Source: Lentisphaerales bacterium (GTDB taxonomy: Bacteria; Verrucomicrobiota; Kiritimatiellia; JAUXFM01). Taken from it: DNA of 60,964 nt. The position numbers and the translations under genes were made by a program. The first letter of the stretch is position 1; the number at the start of each line of letters is the position of its first letter. Location: contig JAUXFM010000002.1 of NCBI GenBank assembly GCA_030622955.1, positions 1-60,964 on the forward strand, in the 5' to 3' direction. The notes beneath the pieces were generated by a model. The model searched no databases and was not told the origin of the DNA. It saw only the letters and a list, made by a program, of their open reading frames with translations. Below, in pieces: positions 1 through 11,408 of the stretch.

Positions 1-127
1 CTGCTTCGCCTTCCTTGATCATGCGCAATTCGCAACGCCCCTCCTGCTACAGTATTTCTTCAACCGCTCTAAGGTCAGGGATTCCGGTCATTCGTGCTTG
101 TTTCGAGTTTCGCATTTCGGGTTTCTC

Positions 128-1015
128 TCAAGAGCATGCACAGAAGCGTTCGCCATCATCAAAGAAATAGTGGCCGCAGGTTGAGCAGACCACCCCTGCT
201 TCCCTGCCTTCATGGTTCACAAACACCTGGCCCAGTGCGAACAGCGCCTGGATCTCGCGGAACTCGCATTTCCAGCCGGCATCGGTCCATGGCTTCGCTT
301 CTATGGCAATGGGGTCGGTGAAATTCACGGATTTCAAATGTGTGGCAAATGCCCGCCAGTCCGTCGTGCCATAAGGTGGCTGTATATGCCTGTCCCAGGT
401 CCCATCATTATCCTGCGCGTGAAAAGCTATGATCGTATCGCCCAACGCCTTAAATGCCTCCATCACGCCGATCTTCGGCATCATGTGCGCATGGCCTGTG
501 TCAAAACAGGTGCCCATCCATTTGGAATCGAACTGCCTGACCATTGCTGCGAGTTTCCCGCAATCCCATCCAACATGTTTCGGGGGCAGGTTCTCGACCG
601 CCATCTTCACCCCAAGTTTTTCGGCCAGGGGGAGCAGCTTCTCAAGAGATGTGCGAATATTGTCCTCACCACGCGGCAGCTCCTCGGGTGCACAGGCCAT
701 TCCGGGATGAACGACAACATGATGAACATGCAGGGACGCCGCCTTGTGCAGCATCTTGATGTGATCCTCAACGGCTTTCTTGCGCAAAGAGTCATCCGGC
801 GACGAGATGTTACAGTCTCGTCCAAAAGGGGCGTGACCCGACCAGATTGTGACGCCGCCACGCGTGAAATCAGCGCCCAACTTCTCAACATCCGCCGCTT
901 CCCGCTTCATGAAAACACTCGGACCCAGTTCAACGTACGCAAAACCGCCCTCGGCCAATTCCATGGCAGCCTCTTCCGCGTTTTCTACTTCCCAAATACA
1001 TGCCGCCAGTTTCAT
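128..1015 (-). CDS. sugar phosphate isomerase/epimerase (xylose-isomerase-like TIM barrel) with Cys-rich C-terminal tail
   Basis: 295-aa ORF with ATG at 1013-1015. TIM-barrel motifs by eye: HVHHVVVHPG, KMAVENL, CFDTGHAHM. The last 21 aa carry CxxC-x11-CxC. Confidence 0.75.
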   Translation of the reverse strand: MKLAACIWEVENAEEAAMELAEGGFAYVELGPSVFMKREAADVEKLGADFTRGGVTIWSGHAPFGRDCNISSPDDSLRKKAVEDHIKMLHKAASLHVHHVVVHPGMACAPEELPRGEDNIRTSLEKLLPLAEKLGVKMAVENLPPKHVGWDCGKLAAMVRQFDSKWMGTCFDTGHAHMMPKIGVMEAFKALGDTIIAFHAQDNDGTWDRHIQPPYGTTDWRAFATHLKSVNFTDPIAIEAKPWTDAGWKCEFREIQALFALGQVFVNHEGREAGVVCSTCGHYFFDDGERFCACS

Positions 1016-1239
1016 AAATTGAGCACCTCCAAGCCTGGAACATTAAGCTATTACCATGCTCCCACATCGCAGTACAAGCAAGCCATATTTCTGCAATGAA
1101 GTCGCAGGAGGGAATATCATGCACTGGATCTCTCGCATACATCGTATCCGACAAGAATCACGAATAGATCGGACTTGCAAGAAAAGGGATCTGCCCCCAT
1201 AATGAGTTCACTACGCACAACATGTCAGGAGGACGCATA

Positions 1240-1632
1240 ATGATAAGAAAGCAATATACACTCTTTATTGAAAACAAGCTCGGCGCACTTGCCAAGATCG
1301 CCAGAGTCCTGGCGGCCGCAAACGTCAACATTGACGGGATGTCTATTTCGGAAAGCACCGATGTAGGACTCGTCCAACTGATCGCCAGTAATGCAGCTGC
1401 TGCGAGGAAGGCTTTCGTGCAAAAGCGTATCGCCTACTCGGTACAGGATGTCGTGATTGTGCCCCTCCCCAACAAGCCTGGCGCATTGGCAGAACTGTCT
1501 GACAAGCTTTCGCGTGCAAAGGTGAACATAAACTACATGTATGGCACAACCTGCAAATGCGGGAAGAACTGCGACTGTTCAGTGGTAATCAGCGCGTCAA
1601 AACTACAGGCGGTCGAGAAGCTGCTCGGATAA
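1240..1632 (+). CDS. tandem ACT-domain protein
   Basis: ATG 1240 lies 7 nt after AGGAGG (1227-1232); the ORF-track start at 1222 is less likely. Two ACT-like modules: LFIENKLGALAKIARVLAAANVNI and VPLPNKPGALAELSDKLSRAKVNI. Confidence 0.75.
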   Translation: MIRKQYTLFIENKLGALAKIARVLAAANVNIDGMSISESTDVGLVQLIASNAAAARKAFVQKRIAYSVQDVVIVPLPNKPGALAELSDKLSRAKVNINYMYGTTCKCGKNCDCSVVISASKLQAVEKLLG

Positions 1633-1754
1633 GAAATCAACCTCCTGCGAAACGATCTGGTGGCGAAGCCAACCCTGCAATCTACAGCCTGTCCTTCGAA
1701 GCCAGGAGGCCTTGCCTCTGGGCGAGGCGGGGTTTACAGTCTTCGGTCTCGCCG

Positions 1755-4055
1755 TCATTTCGCTTTCTTCTTACGGCTCTTGCCGCCGAGCAAGCCGATT
1801 CCCTTCTGGGTGTCGCCCGACATATAAACGTGCAGGTACTTGCCCCGCTTAATGTCGGACACACGTACTACCCTGACAACATCGGACAGCTTCTCGGCAT
1901 CAGGCACAATCTCGCTGATCATGTTGGTCGCATTATGAATCATCGTTTCATTCAGCATTGAGTCAGTCGCATCAGGATACAGCGGCAGCACGGCTATGTC
2001 TGCTTCGACCAGGTCCTGGAAGAAATGTGTTCCGTAGGACACTTCCGGCGTGATGCCATCTTTTGCGAAGGCGATCTCTGCCAGCAACACCGTGTGATTG
2101 ATATCACCGTACCTGACAGGCACGCCAAGGTTGATGTCGCTACTACCCCATCGACCAGGCCCGAACAGGGCATACTTCTTCTCCGACAGCCGCCAGTTCA
2201 ACCTGCTCACGAGGCGCGCCACTTTCTGCTTTTCCGCAGCCGACGCCAGGCCATCATACTTCTTCGGATCAATATATACGACATACTCGATATCGCGGAT
2301 GATGCAGTTCGTCAGGCCCTCACCCGCAGTAAAGAAGATGTCTTCCTTTTCCACATCCACAGGGATCTCAACATTCTCAAGCTCTTCTCTGGTATAGAGT
2401 GAACGACATTGCAAAATGTAAAGCTTGCCGCCGTCCCATGCGAATTCGACATCGACCGGCACACCGTAAGCTTTTTCCAGAAAGGCGAGCGTTCGCCTGA
2501 CCAATTTGACAAATTCTGTCTTGTTGAGAAGGTTGTCAAATGTAACACAAAGTTGCTTGCTGCCCAGGTCATCGGTCTTGAACATGGGTGCAGCAAGATG
2601 ATCATCTTTCAGTATCGATACCGCATCAAACAGCTCAGGATGTTGCATCTCCTTCGCCAGCTCTGTGATATCAACGTTCTCCAGTGCGCCCGTCTTGAGA
2701 CTCAACGCATCAAACGCTTTCTGCGAGTATTTCCGAATACGCTGTGCCTCTATTTCCGGACGCAGATTCGGATGACTCAAGGGAATCATGCGCGGGTAAT
2801 CAGCACCGACCCGCTCCACCGCACGTGTCCCCAGTCCGAGGACAAGCCTTACAAGTCCCTGCTTCTTGTCGATTTTCGGGCTCCAGCCGAAGGAGTTGTA
2901 CGAGAACATGACACCCGCAGCGAATGGGAAGAAGTAGTCGCCGAACCGGCGGCCCACGACCTTCTGAACGATCATCGCCATACGTTCATCATAATCTATA
3001 AGGCCATGATCCTGCCTGTAGCGGATAGGATCAGGCCCATAAACGCTCGCGAACACATGCTTCGCCGCATCAATGAACTTCGCCATTCTGGTCTCAAGAT
3101 CGCCCTGGTTGTGCAGGAAGACGGAGTCGTACTTGCCGGAGAATGCCAACCCGAAACTGTCCTCAAGATAGCTAGATGAGCGAATGATGAGAGGGTGCTC
3201 GCCGCATTCTTCGAGCAGAGTTTTGAACCGCTCCAGGACAGATTCACTAAAGGACGCTTCCCTGAATTTCTCTTCGACGTCATGGAACTCGTTCTCAATA
3301 GTGTCATGATTCTTGTATTTCTGGGTATGAAAGAATTGCAACTCGTTCTGGTCAATGAACTCTGAGAAGATTCCCGAACTCAGGTACCATGTATCCGGCA
3401 CTCTCACGTACTTCAGGAGAAGCTCATCCTTCTCCTCGAGGGTTGGAAGCAGGATCTTCTGGCCGAGTATCATGCCAGCCGCCTTGCCGCCCAGTCTTCC
3501 GGGCACGCCACGACTTCCAATTGTCCGCCTGAGTATTCCGTTTATGTCCCTGATCGTAACGTACTTCTTCGCAACGCCGATAAAGGGCAACTGCGCGGAG
3601 ATATACCGGCCAATCAACGAAACGCGAATACCCATCGCCTCTTCCGCAGAGATATAGATTTCTCCTTTTGGAATATCGCAGAATTCCCTGAGCGCCTCGT
3701 ATACTTCGGCGAAAGAAGAATGTTCGTTATTGAGGACCCTGCCCAGGTGCTGACACCTGTCCTGTTTCCGGACCAGGTTGACATAGTTATCGATCTCTGC
3801 CGGCTCAAGATGAGTGGCAAAAAAGAGATCGGTCAGACTATCCCTGTAGAGAACCCGATTGGCCTTGTCCGGATCGACCCCGTCCCTGCTCATTTGTTCA
3901 TGAACCAGGCGCGTCAACTCTGCCTCGGTAAGAACCTTCCTTTCAACGAGAACATGGCGGAACATATTGCGCATGTGCCGGACGAGGGCTGGATACTGGC
4001 TGATCGTCTGGAATAGAACATAGGTCCGTACTATATCGAACTTGCGTTCTTTCAT
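1755..4055 (-). CDS. PEP/pyruvate-binding (PPDK/PEP-synthase N-terminal ATP-grasp-like) domain protein
   Basis: 766-aa ORF with ATG at 4053-4055. Signature-like stretch RSSSYLEDSFGLAFSGKYDSVFL. I saw no phosphohistidine swivel motif (TSHAAI type). Confidence 0.7.
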   Translation of the reverse strand: MKERKFDIVRTYVLFQTISQYPALVRHMRNMFRHVLVERKVLTEAELTRLVHEQMSRDGVDPDKANRVLYRDSLTDLFFATHLEPAEIDNYVNLVRKQDRCQHLGRVLNNEHSSFAEVYEALREFCDIPKGEIYISAEEAMGIRVSLIGRYISAQLPFIGVAKKYVTIRDINGILRRTIGSRGVPGRLGGKAAGMILGQKILLPTLEEKDELLLKYVRVPDTWYLSSGIFSEFIDQNELQFFHTQKYKNHDTIENEFHDVEEKFREASFSESVLERFKTLLEECGEHPLIIRSSSYLEDSFGLAFSGKYDSVFLHNQGDLETRMAKFIDAAKHVFASVYGPDPIRYRQDHGLIDYDERMAMIVQKVVGRRFGDYFFPFAAGVMFSYNSFGWSPKIDKKQGLVRLVLGLGTRAVERVGADYPRMIPLSHPNLRPEIEAQRIRKYSQKAFDALSLKTGALENVDITELAKEMQHPELFDAVSILKDDHLAAPMFKTDDLGSKQLCVTFDNLLNKTEFVKLVRRTLAFLEKAYGVPVDVEFAWDGGKLYILQCRSLYTREELENVEIPVDVEKEDIFFTAGEGLTNCIIRDIEYVVYIDPKKYDGLASAAEKQKVARLVSRLNWRLSEKKYALFGPGRWGSSDINLGVPVRYGDINHTVLLAEIAFAKDGITPEVSYGTHFFQDLVEADIAVLPLYPDATDSMLNETMIHNATNMISEIVPDAEKLSDVVRVVRVSDIKRGKYLHVYMSGDTQKGIGLLGGKSRKKKAK

Positions 4056-4080
4056 AATCGATCCGATATCTCTACAGGTA

Positions 4081-5328
4081 TTACACCCAGCCGCGCAGTT
4101 TGCAGGCTTCTGCTACCCTTGCCACCGAGACAAGGTAAGCCGCTTCACGCATATTCACCTTCTGCTTGAGGTGCATGTCATATACAGCGACAAACGCTGA
4201 AGTGATCTTGTCATCAAGCCGTTTATGGACTTCCTCGAGCGACCAGTAATAGTTGCATATATTCTGGACCGTCTCGAAGTAAGATACAGTTACCCCGCCC
4301 GCATTTGCAAGGATGTCCGGGATTACACAAATGTCCTTGTCATGAAGGATCTTGTCAGCTTCCGGGGTTGTAGGGCCATTTGCCAGTTCAGGCACAATCC
4401 TAGCTTTGATCTGATCAGCATTGTCTTCGGTGATGACATTCTCCAGTGCTGCGGGTATCAAAACAGTTACATTGAGTTGCAAAAGATCCTCGTTACTAAT
4501 CGGCTCCGTCTCGGGCAGATTCACTACCGAACCAGTTCGATCGCACTGCTGCGCCAGTGCATGCATATCAATCCCATTCTTATTATAAATCCCGCCATCC
4601 TCATCGCCCACCGCCACCACCTTGAGCCCCAGCATCTCTTCCGCTAATAGTCCCGTGTAGCGGCCAACATTGCCGAAGCCTTGCAGCGCCATAGTCTGCC
4701 CATTCAGATCGACATTCAACATCTTAGCCGCCTCGCGCAACACAAGCATACCCCCGCGTGCAGTAGCATCACCACGTCCGGCCGATCCACCAAGCGCCAA
4801 AGGTTTGCCGGTGATGACGCCCGGATGTGATCCATCCACGAGCTGCTCATACTCGTCCATCATCCATGCCATGATCTGGGGTGTTGTGTAAACGTCGGGC
4901 GCGGGCATATCCCTGGTAACACCCAGGTCCCGGCTGAGCGCACGTATGAAGGCACGCGCAAGTCGCTCCTGCTCGCCTGCCGACATCTCTTTGGGGTTAC
5001 AGATGATCCCGCCCTTGCCACCACCAAGAGGAATATCGACCACGGCCGTCTTCCAGGTCATCCATGCAGCAAGCGCGCGTACCGTGTCAATTGTCTCGTC
5101 GGGATGCCAGCGCAGGCCGCCCTTTGCGGGACCACGTGCTGTGTTGTACTGAACTCGGAAGCCCTTGAACACCTTCGTGGAACCGTCATCCATCTTAACC
5201 GGCAAAGTCACCTTGATTTCCCGTTGTGGCCAGCGAAGAAACTCCTGTGTTGCCTTGTCCAGTCCCAGTTTCTCTGCCGCTCTGTCCAATTGTTTCTGGC
5301 TGATCTTGAACGGATTATGCTTTGTCAT
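4081..5328 (-). CDS. gdhA: glutamate dehydrogenase (Glu/Leu/Phe/Val dehydrogenase family)
   Basis: Catalytic-Lys region [14 protein letters not shown] and Rossmann motif [11 protein letters not shown] 5328 lies behind AGAGGTG. The ORF-track start at 5334 is a GTG two codons upstream. Confidence 0.9.
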   Translation of the reverse strand: MTKHNPFKISQKQLDRAAEKLGLDKATQEFLRWPQREIKVTLPVKMDDGSTKVFKGFRVQYNTARGPAKGGLRWHPDETIDTVRALAAWMTWKTAVVDIPLGGGKGGIICNPKEMSAGEQERLARAFIRALSRDLGVTRDMPAPDVYTTPQIMAWMMDEYEQLVDGSHPGVITGKPLALGGSAGRGDATARGGMLVLREAAKMLNVDLNGQTMALQGFGNVGRYTGLLAEEMLGLKVVAVGDEDGGIYNKNGIDMHALAQQCDRTGSVVNLPETEPISNEDLLQLNVTVLIPAALENVITEDNADQIKARIVPELANGPTTPEADKILHDKDICVIPDILANAGGVTVSYFETVQNICNYYWSLEEVHKRLDDKITSAFVAVYDMHLKQKVNMREAAYLVSVARVAEACKLRGWV

Positions 5329-5554
5329 TTCCACCTCTTACTGGTCGTTAATGCGATGGCTCGACGCTAAAGTTTGGCAGAAAGAACGTGAACCTGTCAA
5401 CTGCAGTGTAAATAGGTCTGTTTTGCGAGAAAACATGACATGTAATTGTAGATACAAGTGGGGCGCAATTCGAAACTTGTTCAATTTAAGCGCACCAAGC
5501 ATGATCCCACTGTTCAAGTAAAAGGTTTCACCTTCTAACTGACATCCTGGACTG

Positions 5555-6241
5555 TCAGTCGCCGGGCTCATACACAACGTAATCGAAGAGTGCATAGTTC
5601 TCACGAGCAGGAATATGGTCACCCATGAACAGGAGATTTTCGACACTGCAATGGATAGTGAACGACACTTCTCCGCCGAATCTAGTCTGCAACCGTTTCA
5701 TCTGTTTGTCATCGATCGACCATTTCACATGGTAGTTGCCCTCTTCGCCGGGCAGCACCTCGAGCGTGAATTTGTGCCACATGCCGCGAGTCAGCAGGAG
5801 CTGACTTGAACTGTAGGGATTGCCCTGGGAACTGCAGTAACATACGACATCATCTTCCTCTGCGCCAAGCTCCGCGCGGACCTTCTTCTTGCCATAGCCG
5901 ATTTCGAAATCCAGTTCGTGTTTGTCATCCTTGTAGAGAAAGGCGCCTATGCTGGCCTGGTCGCCCTCGCCCATCTCCGGCACGTAAATGCGCCATGTGT
6001 AAGTACCGGCGCCGAACCTGTTCCTTGTACGCACTTTGACGCGGTCACGCGTCCGTTCCCGCGTGGAGATATGAAGAAGACCGTTGGTCGTCACATAGCT
6101 GGCCGGGCTCATTCGTGCGCAATCATTTTGCCACTCTTCGAGGTCGTTGAAACCCCAACGACCACGAGTGGACTGGAGCCGTGCCGAGCTGACGCAACCT
6201 GCACAGAGCAGTACCGCTGCAACAACTGCATACGCCCTCAT
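5555..6241 (-). CDS. GH16-like (concanavalin-like glucanase fold) lipoprotein
   Basis: Lipobox LLCAGC near the N-terminus. E-L-D-F-E (ExDxE-type GH16 motif) occurs in DDKHELDFEIGYG. The composition is beta-rich. Confidence 0.6.
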   Translation of the reverse strand: MRAYAVVAAVLLCAGCVSSARLQSTRGRWGFNDLEEWQNDCARMSPASYVTTNGLLHISTRERTRDRVKVRTRNRFGAGTYTWRIYVPEMGEGDQASIGAFLYKDDKHELDFEIGYGKKKVRAELGAEEDDVVCYCSSQGNPYSSSQLLLTRGMWHKFTLEVLPGEEGNYHVKWSIDDKQMKRLQTRFGGEVSFTIHCSVENLLFMGDHIPARENYALFDYVVYEPGD

Positions 6242-6259
6242 GATTCTGCCCTGCCTCTC

Positions 6260-8593
<2,334 letters not shown>

Positions 8594-8975
8594 TCATCAA
8601 AGTCCGGGGGTGGTTCCTCATAAGAGAGCGATAACTGACATCAAGCTAATACCCTTCTCCATCATATCACGCGCAAACTGCAGGGCCAACTTCCGTTTGA
8701 AGCAGATAGTCGAGCCTGCAAAACCGTTCAGATTTGCTTGATCTCAACGCCGTATGTAGCAACCGAAAAGAGCAGCAGTTGATTCAGTCTGCTCGTCGCA
8801 ATTCCGACCGATATATCCCGCCAAGAAGCCGGAGACCTCATCGTCGACACCCTACCACCTGCACCTTCCGTCTACTTGACCGTATACTCGCAAGTGCCTT
8901 CCATTTTGCCGAAGAGTGTTCCTGTATCCTGCGACACCTTGATAGTGAGCTTGTCACCGGATTTGACGTCTTTGG

Positions 8976-8994
8976 GCATACTCACCGAGTATGC
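8976..8994 (-). other. perfect inverted repeat GCATACTC-N3-GAGTATGC (RNA hairpin) 12 nt downstream of the lipoprotein TGA
   Basis: Read directly from the sequence: 8976-8983 pairs with 8987-8994. On the minus-strand RNA the loop is GGU. The hairpin contains the ATG at 8977-8979. Confidence 0.6.
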
Positions 8995-9006
8995 ACATAT
9001 GCCGCC

Positions 9007-10275
9007 TCAGCCATATTCCATATGGCCGAAATGAATCGGTTTATCAGAACCACCCGCCGTAAAGATCTCTACGCTCGGAGCAGCAACGGTCTTGTATACA
9101 CCATTCTCATCGATATATCCTGAAAGCTTGCTCGCCCCTTTCAATGACATGCTGATGCCAAGCTTGCCATTATTCTCGGCAACAGTGACATCGAGTGAGA
9201 GAGTTCCCGAGAGGATCTCTATGGTGCTGCCCTTTGGCATCTTGAGGTCTTTCTCAAAGCCGGAGATAACCGCCTTGCCTTTGCTGTCCGCCAGCTGCCA
9301 TGACAAAGCGTTGTAGCTGTCTGCCGGCACAGTTACCGGTAACTCTTTGACCGCCGAAGTTAAATGCATCGGAGCGCAGGAAAACTCTCTCCCTTTGATG
9401 CGATAGGCGCTTGCTATCAACTTGAGATCCTTGAACTTCTCGCGCTGCTCAGCCGATAACGTGATGCTCGCATATCCACCTTTGTAAGGCACAAGTTCTG
9501 CAGAGGCGTTATCAACTGCTACCGTGAGCGAGTAGAGCTTGCCGTCCAACGTCACCTGCTTCCCGATTGTCGAGTAGCGATCCATTGAGCCCGTGCCATT
9601 CATGTCGATCCACAGGAAATCCCCCTGCGCATAGTTGCCGTCACATTGCCTGTCGATGACGGCGGCACGACACTCCTTCCCAGCAACGGTGACCTTTCCT
9701 TCCAGCCAGGCCCTTGCAGATACGCGAAGGAACGGCTCTTCATACCGCGCCACACATGCTACCTGCTGCAAGCCAACCGACATCTCGACCTCCCATTTGC
9801 CGTCAGTAAGAGTGAACACCTGGTTATTGGCGAGATCCTTGTCGTCGTTATTATCGATTATGAGTCGGTCATGCGGCTGATCCGCTGCGCTCTTGTAGAC
9901 AATGAAATTCCTGCCGATAGTAGAGAGCCTCAACAAGCCCTTCTTCATATCGAGCAACTCTCCTTCCGGCAGCACGAGCTTATCCTGCTTCTGGTTCGGC
10001 CTGAAGGTGGAACCGCAAACGCCGGCATTGCGCACAATTGCAAAGTCGGCCATCTTCCTTGCCAAAGAAAACCTCTCATCGTTGTCTGCTTCAGATTTCA
10101 GGTTTTTCTGGCCGACACGAGCCATCGGCTCCAGCAGGCGGGTTTCACGTTCCGAATCTGGACTCTGAGCCCCCCCGATTGAGGCAGGACGGTCTATGTG
10201 ATCCGGTGTTGTGCATCCACTGAGTAAAAGGGCTGCAAAGAGGAGTGACACTGTAGTTGTAGTCGCTGTTTTCAT
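9007..10275 (-). CDS. lipoprotein of unknown function, beta-rich
   Basis: The internal ATG at 10275 gives MKTATTTTVSLLFAALLLSGC, a signal peptide plus lipobox. The ORF-track start at 10386 adds a non-signal leader. No family recognised. Confidence 0.7.
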   Translation of the reverse strand: MKTATTTTVSLLFAALLLSGCTTPDHIDRPASIGGAQSPDSERETRLLEPMARVGQKNLKSEADNDERFSLARKMADFAIVRNAGVCGSTFRPNQKQDKLVLPEGELLDMKKGLLRLSTIGRNFIVYKSAADQPHDRLIIDNNDDKDLANNQVFTLTDGKWEVEMSVGLQQVACVARYEEPFLRVSARAWLEGKVTVAGKECRAAVIDRQCDGNYAQGDFLWIDMNGTGSMDRYSTIGKQVTLDGKLYSLTVAVDNASAELVPYKGGYASITLSAEQREKFKDLKLIASAYRIKGREFSCAPMHLTSAVKELPVTVPADSYNALSWQLADSKGKAVISGFEKDLKMPKGSTIEILSGTLSLDVTVAENNGKLGISMSLKGASKLSGYIDENGVYKTVAAPSVEIFTAGGSDKPIHFGHMEYG

Positions 10276-10464
10276 GAGAGAACTATAAAGCCTAAAGAGC
10301 GGACGAGTCAAATAATCAAGCCGTTGTGCCTTCATTTGCACCACTACTCTCTCACTTAACAGTCTAGTGGATTGCGACAGCGCCAAACGTTAGTCGTTTC
10401 CACCGCACTTCCGCGAAACCTGCTTCATTCAAGAGCTTCAACGCGAAGGTGCAGTCCTCAGCTC

Positions 10465-11157
10465 CTAAACATTAAAGCGAATATCGAGTATGCTCTCCGG
10501 CGCAATGATGTCACCCCGATCAACAAGATCGGTAAGGCCCTTGCTGCGAGCATCCTGCAGGTTATGCACCGTCATCATATCTGCGCAACTCACGATCTCT
10601 GCCTTGATAAAGCCTCTCGCAAGGTCCGTGTGAATCTTACCGGCACAGGTCACGGCATCAGCGCCCTTCTCAACAAGCCATGCGTGGACTTCCTGCTTGC
10701 CGACCGTATAGAAGAACATCATGCCAGCCTTATCCATGCCGTCACGGCACACAACGTTCGGATCGATCGAGGAGTCATCGCACACAAGGGTCGGAGTGAA
10801 ACTCAGCAGGTTGAATGCATTGATGATTGCATGCTCCGACTCATTGAAGTCCATGTCACAGACAGGTCGCTGGTCTTCAAGCTGAGCGAGGCATTTTGTC
10901 AGCACATCCTTTTCCGCAGCGTCCTCGACCCGATCCATGCGCACCTCAATCTTTTCCATATCCAGAATGAGAAGGTCCAGAAGATTGTCGCGCGCTATAG
11001 CGATGACATCGGCCGCCTCGTAATCCTCTGCAAGGAATTCGAAATAGTGCGGCGACACTTTCTTCGGCTGAAACTTCTCGACGAGCGCAACGAACAAGTT
11101 GTCGTCGTACTTCATCTTGCCTTCCGGCATCACCAATCCTGTAAATGCTATTTTCAT
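10465..11157 (-). CDS. YchF C-terminal-like (DUF933/TGS-like) protein lacking the GTPase P-loop
   Basis: AGKIHTDLARGFIKAEIV and the terminal ...DIRFNV match my recollection of the YchF C-terminal half. The N-terminus MKIAFTGLVMPEGKM replaces the GxxGxPNVGKS Walker A. Confidence 0.7.
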   Translation of the reverse strand: MKIAFTGLVMPEGKMKYDDNLFVALVEKFQPKKVSPHYFEFLAEDYEAADVIAIARDNLLDLLILDMEKIEVRMDRVEDAAEKDVLTKCLAQLEDQRPVCDMDFNESEHAIINAFNLLSFTPTLVCDDSSIDPNVVCRDGMDKAGMMFFYTVGKQEVHAWLVEKGADAVTCAGKIHTDLARGFIKAEIVSCADMMTVHNLQDARSKGLTDLVDRGDIIAPESILDIRFNV

Positions 11158-11408
11158 CTATCCTCGTTGTTCGGTTGCGGTTGCTCAAAACATACTTTGT
11201 TCAATTGTTTCCTGGCAAGTTCTTGTCGCCAGAAATGCGCGGACGAACAGAAGCTTACCCGGACTATCGGATCGTTCGAATAGCAACGTCGAAAGAGAAC
11301 CCCTTTCGCAGCCAGCCTGTCGAGATTCGGCGTGTCGACATTGGGATTATCCATGCAACCAAGCGCATAGCGATGTTGCTGGTCGGTAAATATGAAAAGA
11401 ACGTTCAT
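11154..11408 (-). pseudogene. sulfatase N-terminal stub (remnant)
   Basis: The first ~48 aa, MNVLFIFTDQQHRYALGCMDNPNVDTPNLDRLAAKGVLFRRCYSNDPI, are a typical sulfatase N-terminus. The sequence ends before the CxPxR motif and no further sulfatase sequence follows in any frame. Confidence 0.6.

Noticed and set aside
212-1099. 295-aa plus-strand ORF mirroring the 128..1015 gene.
   Set aside because: It is an antisense shadow of a gene with clear TIM-barrel motifs. Its own translation is Arg/His/Cys-rich with no recognisable domain and no SD.
5539-5558. Hairpin CTGACA-N8-TGTCAG overlapping the stop codon of the GH16-like gene, considered as a possible terminator.
   Set aside because: The stem is only 6 bp and no U-rich tail follows. 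It lies about 200 nt upstream of the gdh start, which is too weak to call.
8734-9123. 129-aa plus-strand ORF in and beside the icd-lipoprotein intergenic region.
   Set aside because: It overlaps the 3' end of the lipoprotein gene on the opposite strand, is Arg/Ser/His-rich, and has no SD or motif.
10372-11283. 303-aa plus-strand ORF.
   Set aside because: It is antisense to the YchF-like gene and the sulfatase stub and crosses their boundary. There are no motifs, so it is a typical shadow ORF.
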